From positions 1,488,001 to 1,552,000 of the forward strand of contig CM082590.2 in the NCBI GenBank assembly GCA_040954595.2: DNA of 64,000 nt, read 5' to 3'. The notes under the pieces are model-generated. The model searched no databases, had not been told where the DNA came from, and was given only the letters and a program-made list of their open reading frames with translations. Positions within the stretch are counted from its first letter, which is position 1. Every line of letters starts with the position of its first letter. A program made the position numbers and the translations under genes. The DNA is from Balanoglossus misakiensis. Its lineage: Eukaryota > Animalia > Hemichordata. Below are positions 1-15,000 of this stretch, one piece after another.

Positions 1-3000
1 ATTAAATTTTCCACTTTTTGTAAGTGAAGCCTGACTGTCGCCTGTCTTAGGTCACCACTTCATAAGAGGTCTTACCCGTCATTGGCACAAACAATCTCAG
101 GAAGTAAGGTTTCTTCCTACCAATGTAGCTATTATATTTTCCACTTTTTGTAAATGAAGCCTGACTGTCGCCTGTCTTAGGTCACCACTTTATAAGCGGT
201 CTTACCCGTCATTGGCACAAACAGTCTCAGGAAGTAAGCTTTCAGCCTACCAATGTAGCTATTGTATTTTCCACTTTTTGTAAGTGAAGCCTGACTGTCG
301 CCTGTCTTAGGTCACCACTTCATAAGCGGTCTTACCCGTCATTGGCACAAACAGTCTCAGGAAGTAAGCTTTCAGCCTACCAATGTAGCTATTGTATTTT
401 CCACTTTTTGTAAGTGAAGCCTGACTGTCGCCTGTCTTAGGTTACCACTTCATAAGCGGTCTTACTCGTCATTGGCACAAATAGTCTAAGGAAGTAAGCT
501 TTCAGCCTACCAATGTAGATATTATATTTTCCACTTTTTGTAAGTGAAGCCTGACTGTCGCCTGTCTTAGGTCACCACTTCATAAGCGGTCTTACCCGTC
601 ATTGGCACAAACAGTCTCAGGAAGTAAGCTTTTAGCCTACCAAAGTAGCTATTATATTTTCCACTTTTTGTAAGTGAAGCCTGACTGTCGCCGGTCTTAG
701 GTCACCACTTCATAAGCGGTCTTACCCGTCATTGGCACAAACAGTCTCAGGAAGTAAGCTTTCAGCCTACCAATGTAGCTATTGTATTTTCCACTTTTTG
801 TAAGTGAAGCCTGACTGTCGCCTGTCTTAGGTCACCACTTCATAAGCGGTCTTACCCGTCATTGGCACAAACAGTCTCAGGAAGTAAGCTTTCAGCCTAC
901 CAATGTAGCTATTGTATTTTCCACTTTTTGTAAGTGAAGCCTGACTGTCGCCTGTCTTAGGTTACCACTTCATAAGCGGTCTTACTCGTCATTGGCACAA
1001 ATAGTCTAAGGAAGTAAGCTTTCAGCCTACCAATTTAGATATTATATTTTCCACTTTTTGTAAGTGAAGCCTGACTGTCGCCTGTCTTAGGTCACCACTT
1101 CATAAGCGGTCTTACCCGTCATTGGCACAAACAGTCTCAGGAAGTAAGCTTTTAGCCTACCAAAGTAGCTATTATATTTTCCACTTTTTGTAAGTGAAGC
1201 CTGACTGTCGCCTGTCTTAGGTCACCACTTCATAAGCGGTCTTACCCGTCATTGGCACAAACAGTCTAAGGAAGTAAGCTTTTAGCCTACCAATGTAGCT
1301 ATTATATTTTCCACTTTTTGTAAGTGAAGCCTGACTGTCGCCTGTCTTAGGTCACCACTTCATAAGAGGTCTTACCCGTCATTGGCACAAACAGTCTCAG
1401 GAAGTAAGCTTTCAGCCTACCAATGTAGCTATTGTATTTTCCACTTTTTGTAAGTGAAGCCTGACTATCGCCTGTCTTAGGTCACCACTTTATAAGCGGT
1501 CTTACCCGTCATTGGCACAAACAGTCTCAGGAAGTAAGCTTTCAGCCTACCAATGTAGCTATTATATTTTCCACTTTTTGTAAGTGAAGCCTGACTGTCG
1601 CCTGTCTTAGGTCACCACTTCATAAGCGGTCTTACCCGTCATTGGCACAAACAGTATCAGGAAGTAAGCTTTCAGCCTACCAATGTAGCTATTATATTTT
1701 CCACTTTTTGTAAGTGAAGCCTGACTGTCGCCTGTCTTAGGTCACCACTTCATAAGCGGTCTTACCCGTCATTGGCACAAACAGTCTAAGGAAGTAAGCT
1801 TTTAGCCTACCAATGTAGCTATTATATTTTCCACTTTTTGTAACTGAAGCCTGACTGTCACCTGTCTTAGGTCACCACTTCATAAGCGGTCTTACCCGTC
1901 ATTGGCACAAACAGTCTCAGGAAGTAAGCTTTCAGCCTACCAATGTAGCTATTATATTTTCCACTTTTTGTAAGTGAAGCCTGCCTGTCGCCTGTCTTAG
2001 GTCACCACTTCATAAGCAGTCTTACCCGTCATTGGCACAAACAGTCTCAGGAAGTTATCTTTCAGCCTACCAATGTAGCTATTGTAATTTCCACTTTTTG
2101 TAAGTGAAGCCTGACTGTCGCCTGTCTTAGGTCACCACTTCATAAGCGGTCTTACCCGTCATTGGCACAAACAGTCTCAGGAAGTAAGCTTTCAGCCTAC
2201 CATTGTAGCTATTATATTTTCCACTTTTTGTAAGTGAAGCCTGACTGTCGCCTGTCTTAGGTCACCACTTCATCAGCGGTCTTACCGTCATTGGCACAAA
2301 CAGTCTCAGGAAGTAAGCTTTCAGCCTACCAATGTAGCTATTAAATTTTCCACTGTTTGTAAGTGAAGCCTGACTGTCGCCTGTCTTAGGTCACCACTTC
2401 ATAAGAGGTCTTACCCGTCATTGGCACAAACAATCTCAGGAATTAAGGTTTCTTCCTACCAATGTAGCTATTATATTTTCCACTTTTTGTAAATGAAGCC
2501 TGACTGTCGCCTGTCTTAGGTCACCACTTCATAAGCGGTCTTACCCGTCATTGGCACAAACAGTCTCAGGAAGTAAGCTTTCAGCCTACCAATGTAGCTA
2601 TTGTATTTTCCACTTTTTGTAAGTGAAGCCTGACTGTCGCCTGTCTTAGGTCACCACTTCATAAGCGGTCTTACCCGTCATTGGCACAAACATTCTCAGG
2701 AAGTAAGCTTTCAGCCTACCAATGTAGCTATTGTATTTTCCACTTTTTGTAAGTGAACCCTGACTGTCGCCTGTCTTAGGTTACCACTTCATAAGCGGTC
2801 TTACTCGTCATTGGCACAAATAGTCTAAGGAAGTAAGCTTTCAGCCTACCAATGTAGATATTATATTTTCCACTTTTTGTAAGTGAAGCCTGACTGTCGC
2901 CTGTCTTAGGTCACCACTTCATAAGCGGTCTTACCCGTCATTGGCACAAACAGTCTCAGGAAGTAAGCTTTTAGCCTACCAAAGTAGCTATTATATTTTC

Positions 3001-6000
3001 CACTTTTTGTAAGTGAAGCCTGACTTTCGCCTGTCTTAGGTCACCACTTCATAAGCGGTCTTACCCGTCATTGGCACAAACAGTCTAAGGAAGTAAGCTT
3101 TTAGCCTACCAATGTAGCTATTATATTTTCCACTTTTTGTAAGTGAAGCCTGACTGTCGCCTGTCTTAGGTCACCACTTCATAAGAGGTCTTACCCGTCA
3201 TTGGCACAAACAGTCTCAGGAAGTAAGCTTTCAGCCTACCAATGTAGCTATTGTATTTTCCACTTTTTGTAAGTGAAGCCTGACTATCGCCTGTCTTAGG
3301 TCACCACTTTATAAGCGGTCTTACCCGTCATTGGCACAAACAGTCTCAGGAAGTAAGCTTTCAGCCTACCAATGTAGCTATTATATTTTCCACTTTTTGT
3401 AAGTGAAGCCTGACTGTCGCCTGTCTTAGGTCACCACTTCATAAGCGGTCTTACCCGTCATTGGCACAAACAGTCTCAGGAAGTAAGCTTTCAGCCTACC
3501 CATGTAGCTATTGTATTTTCCACTTTTTGTAAGTGAAGCCTGACTGTCGCCTGTCTTAGGTCACCACTTCATAAGCGGTCTTACCCGTCATTGGCACAAA
3601 CAGTCTCAGGAAGTAAGCTTTTAGCCTACTACATGGCACAAACAGTCTCAGGAAGTAAGCTTTTAGCCTACTACATGGCACAAACAGTCTAAGGAAGTAA
3701 GCTTTTAGCCTACCAATGTAGCTATTATATTTTCCACTTTTTGTAAGTGAAGCCTGACTGTCGCCTGTCTTAGGTCACCACTTCATAAGCGGTCTTACCC
3801 GTCATTGGCACAAACAGTCTCAGGAAGTAAGCTTTTAGCCTATTACATGGCACAAACAGTCTAAGGAAGTAAGCTTTCAGCCTACCAATGTAGCTATTAT
3901 ATTTTCCACTTTTTGTAAGTAAAGCCTGACTGTCGCCTGTCTTAGGTCACCACTTCATAAGCGGTCTTACCCGTCATTGGCACAAACAGTCTAAGGAAGT
4001 AAGCTTTTAGCCTACCAATGTAGCTATTATATTTTCCACTTTTTGTAACTGAAGCCTGACTGTCACCTGTCTTAGGTCACCACTTCATAAGCGGTCTTAC
4101 CCGTCATTGGCACAAACAGTCTCAGGAAGTAAGCTTTCAGCCTACCAATGTAGCTATTATATTTTCCACTTTTTGTAAGTGAAGCCTGCCTGTCGCCTGT
4201 CTTAGGTCACCACTTCATAAGCAGTCTTACCCGTCATTGGCACAAACAGTCTCAGGAAGTTATCTTTCAGCCTACCAATGTAGCTATTGTAATTTCCACT
4301 TTTTGTAAGTGAAGCCTGACTGTCGCCTGTCTTAGGTCACCACTTCATAAGCGGTCTTACCCGTCATTGGCACAAACAGTCTCAGGAAGTAAGCTTTCAG
4401 CCTACCAATGTAGCTATTGTAATTTCCACTTTTTGTAAGTGAAGCCTGACTGTCGCCTGTCTTAGGTCACCACTTCATAAGCGGTCTTACCCGTCATTGG
4501 CACAAACAGTCTAAGGAAGTAAGCTTTTAGCCTACCAAAGTAGCTATTATATTTTCCACTTTTTGTAAGTGAAGCCTGACTGTCGCCTGTCTTAGGTCAC
4601 CACTTCATAAGCGGTCTTACCCGTCATTGGCACAAACAGTCTAAGGAAGTAAGCTTTTAGCCTACCAATGTAGCTATTATATTTTCCACTTTTTGTAAGT
4701 GAAGCCTGACTGTCGCCTGTCTTAGGTCACCACTTCATAAGCGGTCTTACCCGTCATTGGCACAAACAGTCTAAGGAAGTAAGCTTTTAGCCTACCAATG
4801 TAGCTATTATATTTTCCACTTTTTGTAAGTGAAGCCTGACTGTCGCCTGTCTTAGGTCACCACTTCATAAGAGGTCTTACCCGTCATTGGCACAAACAGT
4901 CTCAGGAAGTAAGCTTTCAGCCTACCAATGTAGCTATTGTATTTTCCACTTTTTGTAAGTGAAGCCTGACTATCGCCTGTCTTAGGTCACCACTTTATAA
5001 GCGGTCTTACCCGTCATTGGCACAAACAGTCTCAGGAAGTAAGCTTTCAGCCTACCAATGTAGCTATTATATTGTCCACTTTTTGTAAGTGAAGCCTGAC
5101 TGTCGCCTGTCTTAGGTCACCACTTCATAAGCGGTCTTACCCGTCATTGGCACAAACAGTCTCAGGAAGTAAGCTTTTAGCCTACTACATGGCACAAACA
5201 GTCTCAGGAAGTAAGCTTTTAGCCTACTACATGGCACAAACAGTCTAAGGAAGTAAGCTTTTAGCCTACCAATGTAGCTATTATATTTTCCACTTTTTGT
5301 AAGTGAAGCCTGACTGTCGCCTGTCTTAGGTCACCACTTCATAAGCGGTCTTACCCGTCATTGGCACAAACAGTCTCAGGAAGTAAGCTTTTAGCCTATT
5401 ACATGGCACAAACAGTCTAAGGAAGTAAGCTTTCAGCCTACCAATGTAGCTATTATATTTTCCACTTTTTGTAAGTGAAGCCTGACTGTCGCCTGTCTTA
5501 GGTCACCACTTCATAAGCGGTCTTACCCGTCCTTGGCACAAACAGTCTAAGGAAGTAAGCTTTTAGCCTACCAATGTAGCTATTATATTTTCCACTTTTT
5601 GTAACTGAAGCCTGACTGTCACCTGTCTTAGGTCACCACTTCATAAGCGGTCTTACCCGTCATTGGCACAAACAGTCTAAGGAAGTAAGCTTTTAGCCTA
5701 CCAATGTAGCTATTATATTTTCCACTTTTTGTAAGTGAAGCCTGACTGTCGCCTGTCTTAGGTCACCACTTCATAAGAGGTCTTACCCGTCATTGGCACA
5801 AACAGTCTCAGGAAGTAAGCTTTCAGCCTACCAATGTAGCTATTGTATTTTCCACTTTTTGTAAGTGAAGCCTGACTATCGCCTGTCTTAGGTCACCACT
5901 TTATAAGCGGTCTTACCCGTCATTGGCACAAACAGTCTCAGGAAGTAAGCTTTCAGCCTACCAATGTAGCTATTATATTTTCCACTTTTTGTAAGTGAAG

Positions 6001-9000
6001 CCTGACTGTCGCCTGTCTTAGGTCACCACTTCATAAGCGGTCTTACCCGTCATTGGCACAAACAGTCTCAGGAAGTAAGCTTTCAGCCTACCCATGTAGC
6101 TATTGTATTTTCCACTTTTTGTAAGTGAAGCCTGACTGTCGCCTGTCTTAGGTCACCACTTAATAAGCGGTCTTACCCGTCATTGGCACAAACAGTCTCA
6201 GGAAGTAAGCTTTCAGCCTACCCATGTAGCTATTGTATTTTCCACTTTTTGTAAGTGAAGCCTGACTGTCGCCTGTCTTAGGTCACCACTTCATAAGCGG
6301 TCTTACCCGTCATTGGCACAAACAGGCTCAGGAAGTAAGCTTTCAGCCTACCAATGTAGCTATTATATTTTCCACTTTTTGTAAGTGAAGCCTGACTGTC
6401 GCCTGTGTTAGGTCACCACTTCATAAGCGGTCTTACCCGTCATTGGCACAAACAGTCTCAGGAAGTAAGCTTTTAGCCTACTACATGGCACAAACAGTCT
6501 AAGGAAGTAAGCTTTTAGCCTACCAATGTAGCTATTATATTTTCCACTTTTTGTAAGTGAAGCCTGACTGTCGCCTGTCTTAGGTCACCACTTTATAAGA
6601 GGTCTTACCCGTCATTGGCACAAACAGTCTCAGGAAGTAAGCTTTCAGCCTACCAATGTAGCTATTATATTTTCCACTTTTTGTAAGTGAAGCCTGACTG
6701 TCGCCTGTCTTAGGTCACCACTTCATAAGCGGTCTTACCCGTCATTGGCACAAACAGTCTCAGGAAGTAAGCTTTCAGCCTACCCATGTAGCTATTGTAT
6801 TTTCCACTTTTTGTAAGTGAAGCCTGACTGTCGTCTGTCTTAGGTCACCACTTCATAAGCGGTCTTACCCGTCATTGGCACAAACAGTCTCAGGAAGTAA
6901 GCTTTTAGCCTACTACATGGCACAAACAGTCTAAGGAAGTAAGCTGTTAGCCTACTACATGGCACAAACAGTCTCAGGAAGTAAGCTTTTAGCCTACTAC
7001 ATGGCACAAACAGTCTAAGGAAGTAAGCTTTTAGCCTACCAATGTAGCTATTATATTTTCCACTTTTTGTAAGTGAAGCCTGACTGTCGCCTGTCTTAGG
7101 TCACCACTTCATAAGCGGTCTTACCCGTCATTGGCACAAACAGTCTCAGGAAGTAAGCTTTTAGCCTACTACATTGCACAAACAGTCTAAGGAAGTAAGC
7201 TTTCAGCCTACCAATGTAGCTATTATATTTTCCACTTTTTGTAAGTGAAGCCTGACTGTCGCCTGTCTTAGGTCACCACTTCACAAGCGGTCTTACCCGT
7301 CATTGGCACAAACAGTCTAAGGAAGTAAGCTTTTAGCCTACCAATGTAGCTATTATATTTTCCACTTTTTGTAAGTGAAGCCTGACTGTCGCCTGTCTTA
7401 GGTCACCACTTCACAAGCGGTCTTACCCGTCATTGGCACAAACAGTCTAAGGAAGTAAGCTTTTAGCCTACCAATGTAGCTATTATATTTTCCACTTTTT
7501 GTAACTGAAGCCTGACTGTCACCTGTCTTAGGTCACCACTTCATAAGCGGTCTTACCCGTCATTAGCACAAACAGTCTCAGGAAGTAAGCTTTCAGCCTA
7601 CCAATGTAGCTATTATATTTTCCACTTTTTGTAAGTGAAGCCTGACTGTCGCCTGTCTTAGGTCACCACTTCATAAGCAGTCTTACCCGTCATTGGCACA
7701 AACAGTCTCAGGAAGTAATCTTTAAGCCTACCAATGTAGCTATTGTATTTTCCACTTTTTGTAAGTGAAGCCTGACTGTCACCTGTCTTAGGTCACCACT
7801 TCATAAGCGGTCTTACCCGTCATTGGCACAAACAGTCTCAGGAAGTAAGCTTTCAGCCTACTAATGTAGCTATTGTATTTTCCACTTTTTTGTAAGTGAA
7901 GCCTGACTGTCGCCTGTCTTAGGTCACCACTTCATCAGCGGTCTTACCCGTCATTGGCACAAACAGTCTCAGGAAGTAAGCTCTCAGCCTACCAATGTAG
8001 CTATTATATTTTCCACTTTTTGTAAGTGAAGCCTGATTGTCGCCTGTCTTAGGTCACCACTTTATAAGAGGTCTTACCCGTCATTGGCACAAACAGTCTC
8101 AGGAAGTAAGCTTTCAGCCTACCAATGTAGCTATTATATTTTCCACTTTTTGTAAGTGAAGCCTGACTGTCGCCTGTCTTAGGTCACCACTTCATAAGCG
8201 GTCTTACCCGTCATTGGCACAAACAGTCTCAGGAAGTAAGCTTTCAGCCTACCCATGTAGCTATTGTATTTTCCACTTTTTGTAAGTGAAGCCTGACTGT
8301 CGCCTGTCTTAGGTCACCACTTCATAAGCGGTCTTACCCGTCATTGGCACAAACAGTCTCGGGAAGTAAGCTTTCAGCCAACCAATGTAGCTATTGTATT
8401 TTCCACTTTTTGTAAGTGAAGCCTGACTGTCGTCTGTCTTAGGTCACCACTTCATAAGCGGTCTTACCCGTCATTGGCACAAACAGTCTCAGGAAGTAAG
8501 GTTTCAGCCTACCAATGTAGCTATTATATTTTCCACTTTTTGTAAATGAAGCCTGACTGTCGCCTGTCTTAGGTCACCACTTCATAAGCGGTCTTACCCG
8601 TCATTGGCACAAACAGTCTCAGGAAGTAAGCTTTCAGCCTACCAATGTAGCTATTGTATTTTCCACTTTTTGTAAGTGAAGCCTGACTGTCGCCTGTCTT
8701 AGGTCACCACTTCATAAGCGGTCTTACCCGTCATTGGCACAAACAGTCTCAGGAAGTAAGCTTTGAGCCTACCAATGTACCTATTATATTTTGCACTTTT
8801 TGTAAGTGAAGCCTGACTGTCGCCTGTCTTAGGTCACCACTTCATATGCGGTCTTACCCGTCATTGGCACAAACAGTCTCAGGAAGTAAGCTTTCAGCCT
8901 ACCAATGTAGCTATTATATTTTCCACTTTTTGTAAGTGAAGCCTGACTGTCACCTGTCTTAGGTCACCACTTCATAAAAGGTCTTACCCGTCATTGGCAC

Positions 9001-12000
9001 AAACAGTCTCAGGAAGTAAGCTTTCAGCCTACCAATGTAGCTATTGTATTTTCCACTTTTTGTAAGTGAAGCCTGACTGTCGCCTGTCTTAGGTCACCAC
9101 TTCATCAGCGGTCTTACCCGTCATTGGCACAAACAGACTCAGGAAGTAAGCTTTCAGCCTACCAATGTACCTATTATATTTTGCACTTTTTGTAAGTGAA
9201 GCCTGACTGTCGCCTGTCTTAGGTCACCACTTCATAAGCGGTCTTACCCGTCATTGGCACAAACAGTCTCAGGAAGTAAGCTTTCAGCCTACCAATGTAG
9301 CTATTATATTTTCCACTTTTTGTAAGTGAAGCCTGACTGTCACCTGTCTTAGGTCACCACTTCATAAAAGGTCTTACCCGTCATTGGCACAAACAGTCTC
9401 AGGAAGTAAGCTTTCAGCCTACCAATGTAGCTATTGTATTTTCCACTTTTTGTAAGTGAAGCCTGACTGTCGCCTGTCTTAGGTCACCACTTTATAAGCG
9501 GTCTTACCCGTCATTGGCACAAACAGTCTCAGGAAGTAAGCTTTCAGCCTACCAATGTAGCTATTATATTTTCCACTTTTTGTGAGTGAAGCCTGACTGT
9601 CGCCTGTGTTAGGTCACCACTTCATAAGCGGTCTTACCAGTCATTGGCACAAACAGTCTCAGGAAGTAAGCTTTCAGCCTACCAATATAGCTATTATATT
9701 TTCCACTTTTCGTAAGTGAAGCCTGACTGTCGCCTGTCTTAGGTCACCACTTTATAAAAGGTCTTACCCGTCATTGGCACAAACAGTCTCAGGAAATAAG
9801 GTTTCAGCCTACAAATGTAGCTATTATATTTTCCACTTTTTGTAAGTGAAGCCTGACTGTCGCCTGTCTTAGGTCACCACTTCATAAGCGGTCTTACCTG
9901 TCATTGGCACAAACAGTCTCAGGAAGTAAGCTTTCAGCCTACCAATGTACCTATTATATTTTGCACTTTTTGTAAGTGAAGCCTGACTGTCGCCTGTCTT
10001 AGGTCACCACTTCATAAGCGGTCTTACCCGTCATTGGCACAAACAGTCTCAGGAAGTAAGTTTTCAGCCTACCAATGCAGCTATTATATTTTCCACTTTT
10101 TGTAAGTGAAGCCTGACTGTCACCTGTCTTAGGTCACCACTTCATAAAAGGTCTTACCCGTCATTGGCACAAACAGTCTAAGGAAGTAAGCTTTTAGCCT
10201 ACCAATGTAGCTATTATATTTTCCACTTTTTGTAACTGAAGCCTGACTGTCACCTGTCTTAGGTCACCACTTCATAAGCGGTCTTACCCGTCATTGGCAC
10301 AAACAGTCTCAGGAAGTTATCTTTCAGCCTACCAATGTAGCTATTGTAATTTCCACTTTTTGTAAGTGAAGCCTGACTGTCGCCTGTCTTAGGTCACCAC
10401 TTCATAAGCGGTCTTACCCGTCATTGGCACAAACAGTCTAAGGAAGTAAGCTTTTAGCCTACCAAAGTAGCTATTATATTTTCCACTTTTTGTAAGTGAA
10501 GCCTGACTGTCGCCTGTCTTAGGTCACCACTTCATAAGCGGTCTTACCCGTCATTGGCACAAACAGTCTAAGGAAGTAAGCTTTTAGCCTACCAATGTAG
10601 CTATTATATTTTCCACTTTTTGTAAGTGAAGCCTGACTGTCGCCTGTCTTAGGTCACCACTTCATAAGAGGTCTTACCCGTCATTGGCACAAACAGTCTC
10701 AGGAAGTAAGCTTTCAGCCTACCAATGTAGCTATTTTATTTTCCACTTTTTGTAAGTGAAGCCTGACTATCGCCTGTCTTAGGTCACCACTTTATAAGCG
10801 GTCTTACCCGTCATTGGCACAAACAGTCTCAGGAAGTAAGCTTTCAGCCTACCAATGTAGCTATTATATTTTCCACTTTTTGTAAGTGAAGCCTGACTGT
10901 CGCCTGTCTTAGGTCACCACTTCATAAGCGGTCTTACCCGTCATTGGCACAAACAGTCTCAGGAAGTAAGCTTTCAGCCTACCCATGTAGCTATTGTATT
11001 TTCCACTTTTTGTAAGTGAAGCCTGACTGTCGCCTGTCTTAGGTCACCACTTCATAAGCGGTCTTAACCGTCATTGGCACAAACAGTCTCAGGAAGTAAG
11101 CTTTCAGCCTACCAATGTAGCTATTATATTTTCCACTTTTTGTAAGTGAAGCCTGACTGTCGCCTGTCTTAGGTCACCACTTCATAAGCGGTCTTACCCG
11201 TCATTGGCACAAACAGTCTCTGGAAGTAAGCTTTCAGCCTACCAATGTAGCTATTATATTTTCCACTTTTTGTAAGTGAAGCCTGACTGTCGCCTGTCTT
11301 AGGTCACCACTTCATAAGCGGTCTTACCCGTCATTGGCACAAACAGTCTCAGGAAGTAAGCTTTTAGCCTACTACATGGCACAAACAGTCTAAGGAAGTA
11401 AGCTTTCAGCCTACCAATGTAGCTATTATATTTTCCACTTTTTGTAAGTGAAGCCTGACTGTCGCCTGTCTTAGGTCACCACTTCACAAGCGGTCTTACC
11501 CGTCATTGGCACAAACAGTCTAAGGAAGTAAGCTTTTAGCCTACCAATGTAGCTATTATATTTTCCACTTTTTGTAACTGAAGCCTGACTGTCACCTGTC
11601 TTAGGTCACCACTTCATAAGCGGTCTTACCCGTCATTAGCACAAACAGTCTCAGGAAGTAAGCTTTCAGCCTACCAATGTAGCTATTATATTTTCCACTT
11701 TTTGTAAGTGAAGCCTGACTGTCGCCTGTCTTAGGTCACCACTTCATAAGCAGTCTTACCCGTCATTGGCACAAACAGTCTCAGGAAGTAATCTTTCAGC
11801 CTACCAATGTAGCTATTGTATTTTCCACTTTTTGTAAGTGAAGCCTGACTGTCACCTGTCTTAGGTCACCACTTCATAAGCGGTCTTACCCGTCATTGGC
11901 ACAAACAGTCTCAGGAAGTAAGCTTTCAGCCTACCAATGTACCTATTATATTTTGCACTTTTTGTAACTGAAGCCTGACTGTCGCCTGTCTTAGGTCACC

Positions 12001-15000
12001 ACTTCATAAGCGGTCTTACCCGTCATTGGCACAAACAGTCTCAGGAAGTAAGCTTTCAGCCTACCAATGCAGCTATTATATTTTCCACTTTTTGTAAGTG
12101 AAGCCTGACTGTCAACTGTCTTAGGTCACCACTTCATAAAAGGTCTTACCCGTCATTGGCACAAACAGTCTAAGGAAGTAAGCTTTTAGCCTACCAATGT
12201 AGCTATTATATTTTCCACTTTTTGTAACTGAAGCCTGACTGTCACCTGTCTTAGGTCACCACTTCATAAGCGGTCTTACCCGTCATTGGCACAAACAGTC
12301 TCAGGAAGTTATCTTTCAGCCTACCAATGTAGCTATTGTAATTTCCACTTTTTGTAAGTGAAGCCTGACTGTCGCCTGTCTTAGGTCACCACTTCATAAG
12401 CGGTCTTACCCGTCATTGGCACAAACAGTCTAAGGAAGTAAGCTTTTAGCCTACCAAAGTAGCTATTATATTTTCCACTTTTTGTAAGTGAAGCCTGACT
12501 GTCGCCTGTCTTAGGTCACCACTTCATAAGCGGTCTTGCCCGTCATTGGCACAAACAGTCTCAGGAAGTTATCTTTCAGCCTACCAATGTAGCTATTGTA
12601 ATTTCCACTTTTTGTAAGTGAAGCCTGACTGTCGCCTGTCTTAGGTCACCACTTCATAAGCGGTCTTACCCGTCATTGGCACAAACAGTCTAAGGAAGTA
12701 AGCTTTTAGCCTACCAAAGTAGCTATTATATTTTCCACTTTTTGTAAGTGAAGCCTGACTGTCGCCTGTCTTAGGTCACCACTTCATAAGCGGTCTTACC
12801 CGTCATTGGCACAAACAGTCTAAGGAAGTAAGCTTTTAGCCTACCAATGTAGCTATTATATTTTCCACTTTTTGTAAGTGAAGCCTGACTGTCGCCTGTC
12901 TTAGGTCACCACTTCATAAGAGGTCTTACCCGTCATTGGCACAAACAGTCTCAGGAAGTAAGCTTTCAGCCTACCAATGTAGCTATTGTATTTTCCACTT
13001 TTTGTAAGTGAAGCCTGACTATCGCCTGTCTTAGGTCACCACTTTATAAGCGGTCTTACCCGTCATTAGCACAAACAGTCTCAGGAAGTAAGCTTTCAGC
13101 CTACCAATGTAGCTATTATATTTTCCACTTTTTGTAAGTGAAGCCTGACTGTCACCTGTCTTAGGTCACCACTTCATAAAAGGTCTTACCCGTCATTGGC
13201 ACAAACAGTCTAAGGAAGTAAGCTTTTAGCCTACCAATGTAGCTATTATATTTTCCACTTTTTGTAACTGAAGCCTGACTGTCACCTGTCTTAGGTCACC
13301 ACTTCATAAGCGGTCTTACCCGTCATTGGCACAAACAGTCTCAGGAAGTTATCTTTCAGCCTACCAATGTAGCTATTGTAATTTCCACTTTTTGTAAGTG
13401 AAGCCTGACTGTCGCCTGTCTTAGGTCACCACTTCATAAGCGGTCTTACCCGTCATTGGCACAAACAGTCTAAGGAAGTAAGCTTTTAGCCTACCAAAGT
13501 AGCTATTATATTTTCCACTTTTTGTAAGTGAAGCCTGACTGTCGCCTGTCTTAGGTCACCACTTCATAAGCGGTCTTACCCGTCATTGGCACAAACAGTC
13601 TAAGGAAGTAAGCTTTTAGCCTACCAATGTAGCTATTATATTTTCCACTTTTTGTAAGTGAAGCCTGACTGTCGCCTGTCTTAGGTCACCACTTCATAAG
13701 AGGTCTTACCCGTCATTGGCACAAACAGTCTCAGGAAGTAAGCTTTCAGCCTACCAATGTAGCTATTGTATTTTCCACTTTTTGTAAGTGAAGCCTGACT
13801 ATCGCCTGTCTTAGGTCAACACTTCATAAGCGGTCTTACCCGTCATTGGCACAAACAGTCTCAGGAAGTAAGCTTTCAGCCTACCAATGTAGCTATTATA
13901 TTTTCCACTTTTTGTAAGTGAAGCCTGACTGTCGCCTGTCTTAGGTCACCACTTCATAAGCGGTCTTACCCGTCATTGGCACAAACAGTCTCAGGAAGTA
14001 AGCTTTCAGCCTACCCATGTAGCTATTGTATTTTCCACTTTTTGTAAGTGAAGCCTGACTGTCGCCTGTCTTAGGTCACCACTTCATAAGCGGTCTTAAC
14101 CGTCATTGGCACAAACAGTCTCAGGAAGTAAGCTTTCAGCCTTCCAATGTAGCTATTATATTTTCCACTTTTTGTAAGTGAAGCCTGACTGTCGCCTGTC
14201 TTAGGTCACCACTTCATAAGCGGTCTTACCCGTCATTGGCACAAACAGTCTCAGGAAGTAAGCTTTTAGCCTACTACATGGCACAAACAGTCTAAGGAAG
14301 TAAGCTTTTAGCCTACCAATGTAGCTATTATATTTTCCACTTTTTGTAAGTGAAGCCTGACTGTCGCCTGTCTTAGGTCACCACTTCATAAGCGGTCTTA
14401 CCCGTCATTGGCACAAACAGTCTCAGGAAGTAAGCTTTTAGCCTACTACATGGCACAAACAGTCTAAGGAAGTAAGCTTTCAGCCTACCAATGTAGCTAT
14501 TATATTTTCCACTTTTTGTAAGTGAAGCCTGACTGTCGCCTGTCTTAGGTCACCACTTCACAAGCGGTCTTACCCGTCATTGGCACAAACAGTCTAAGGA
14601 AGTAAGCTTTTAGCCTACCAATGTAGCTATTATATTTTCCACTTTTTGTAACTGAAGCCTGACTGTCACCTGTCTTAGGTCACCACTTCATAAGCGGTCT
14701 TACCCGTCATTAGCACAAACAGTCTCAGGAAGTAAGCTTTCAGCCTACCAATGTAGCTATTATATTTTCCACTTTTTGTAAGTGAAGCCTGACTGTCGCC
14801 TGTCTTAGGTCACCACTTCATAAGCAGTCTTACCCGTCATTGGCACAAACAGTCTCAGGAAGTAATCTTTCAGCCTACCAATGTAGCTATTGTATTTTCC
14901 ACTTTTTGTAAGTGAAGCCTGACTGTCACCTGTCTTAGGTCACCACTTCATAAGCGGTCTTACCCGTCATTGGCACAAACAGTCTCAGGAAGTAAGCTTT

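Noticed and set aside
2265-2285. Hammerhead ribozyme in the satellite (the variant catcagcgg gives CUGAUGA on the minus strand)
   Set aside because: It occurs only in a minority variant. The possible stem II (agtg...cact) is followed by uacaaaaa rather than GAAA, and stems I and III cannot be built.
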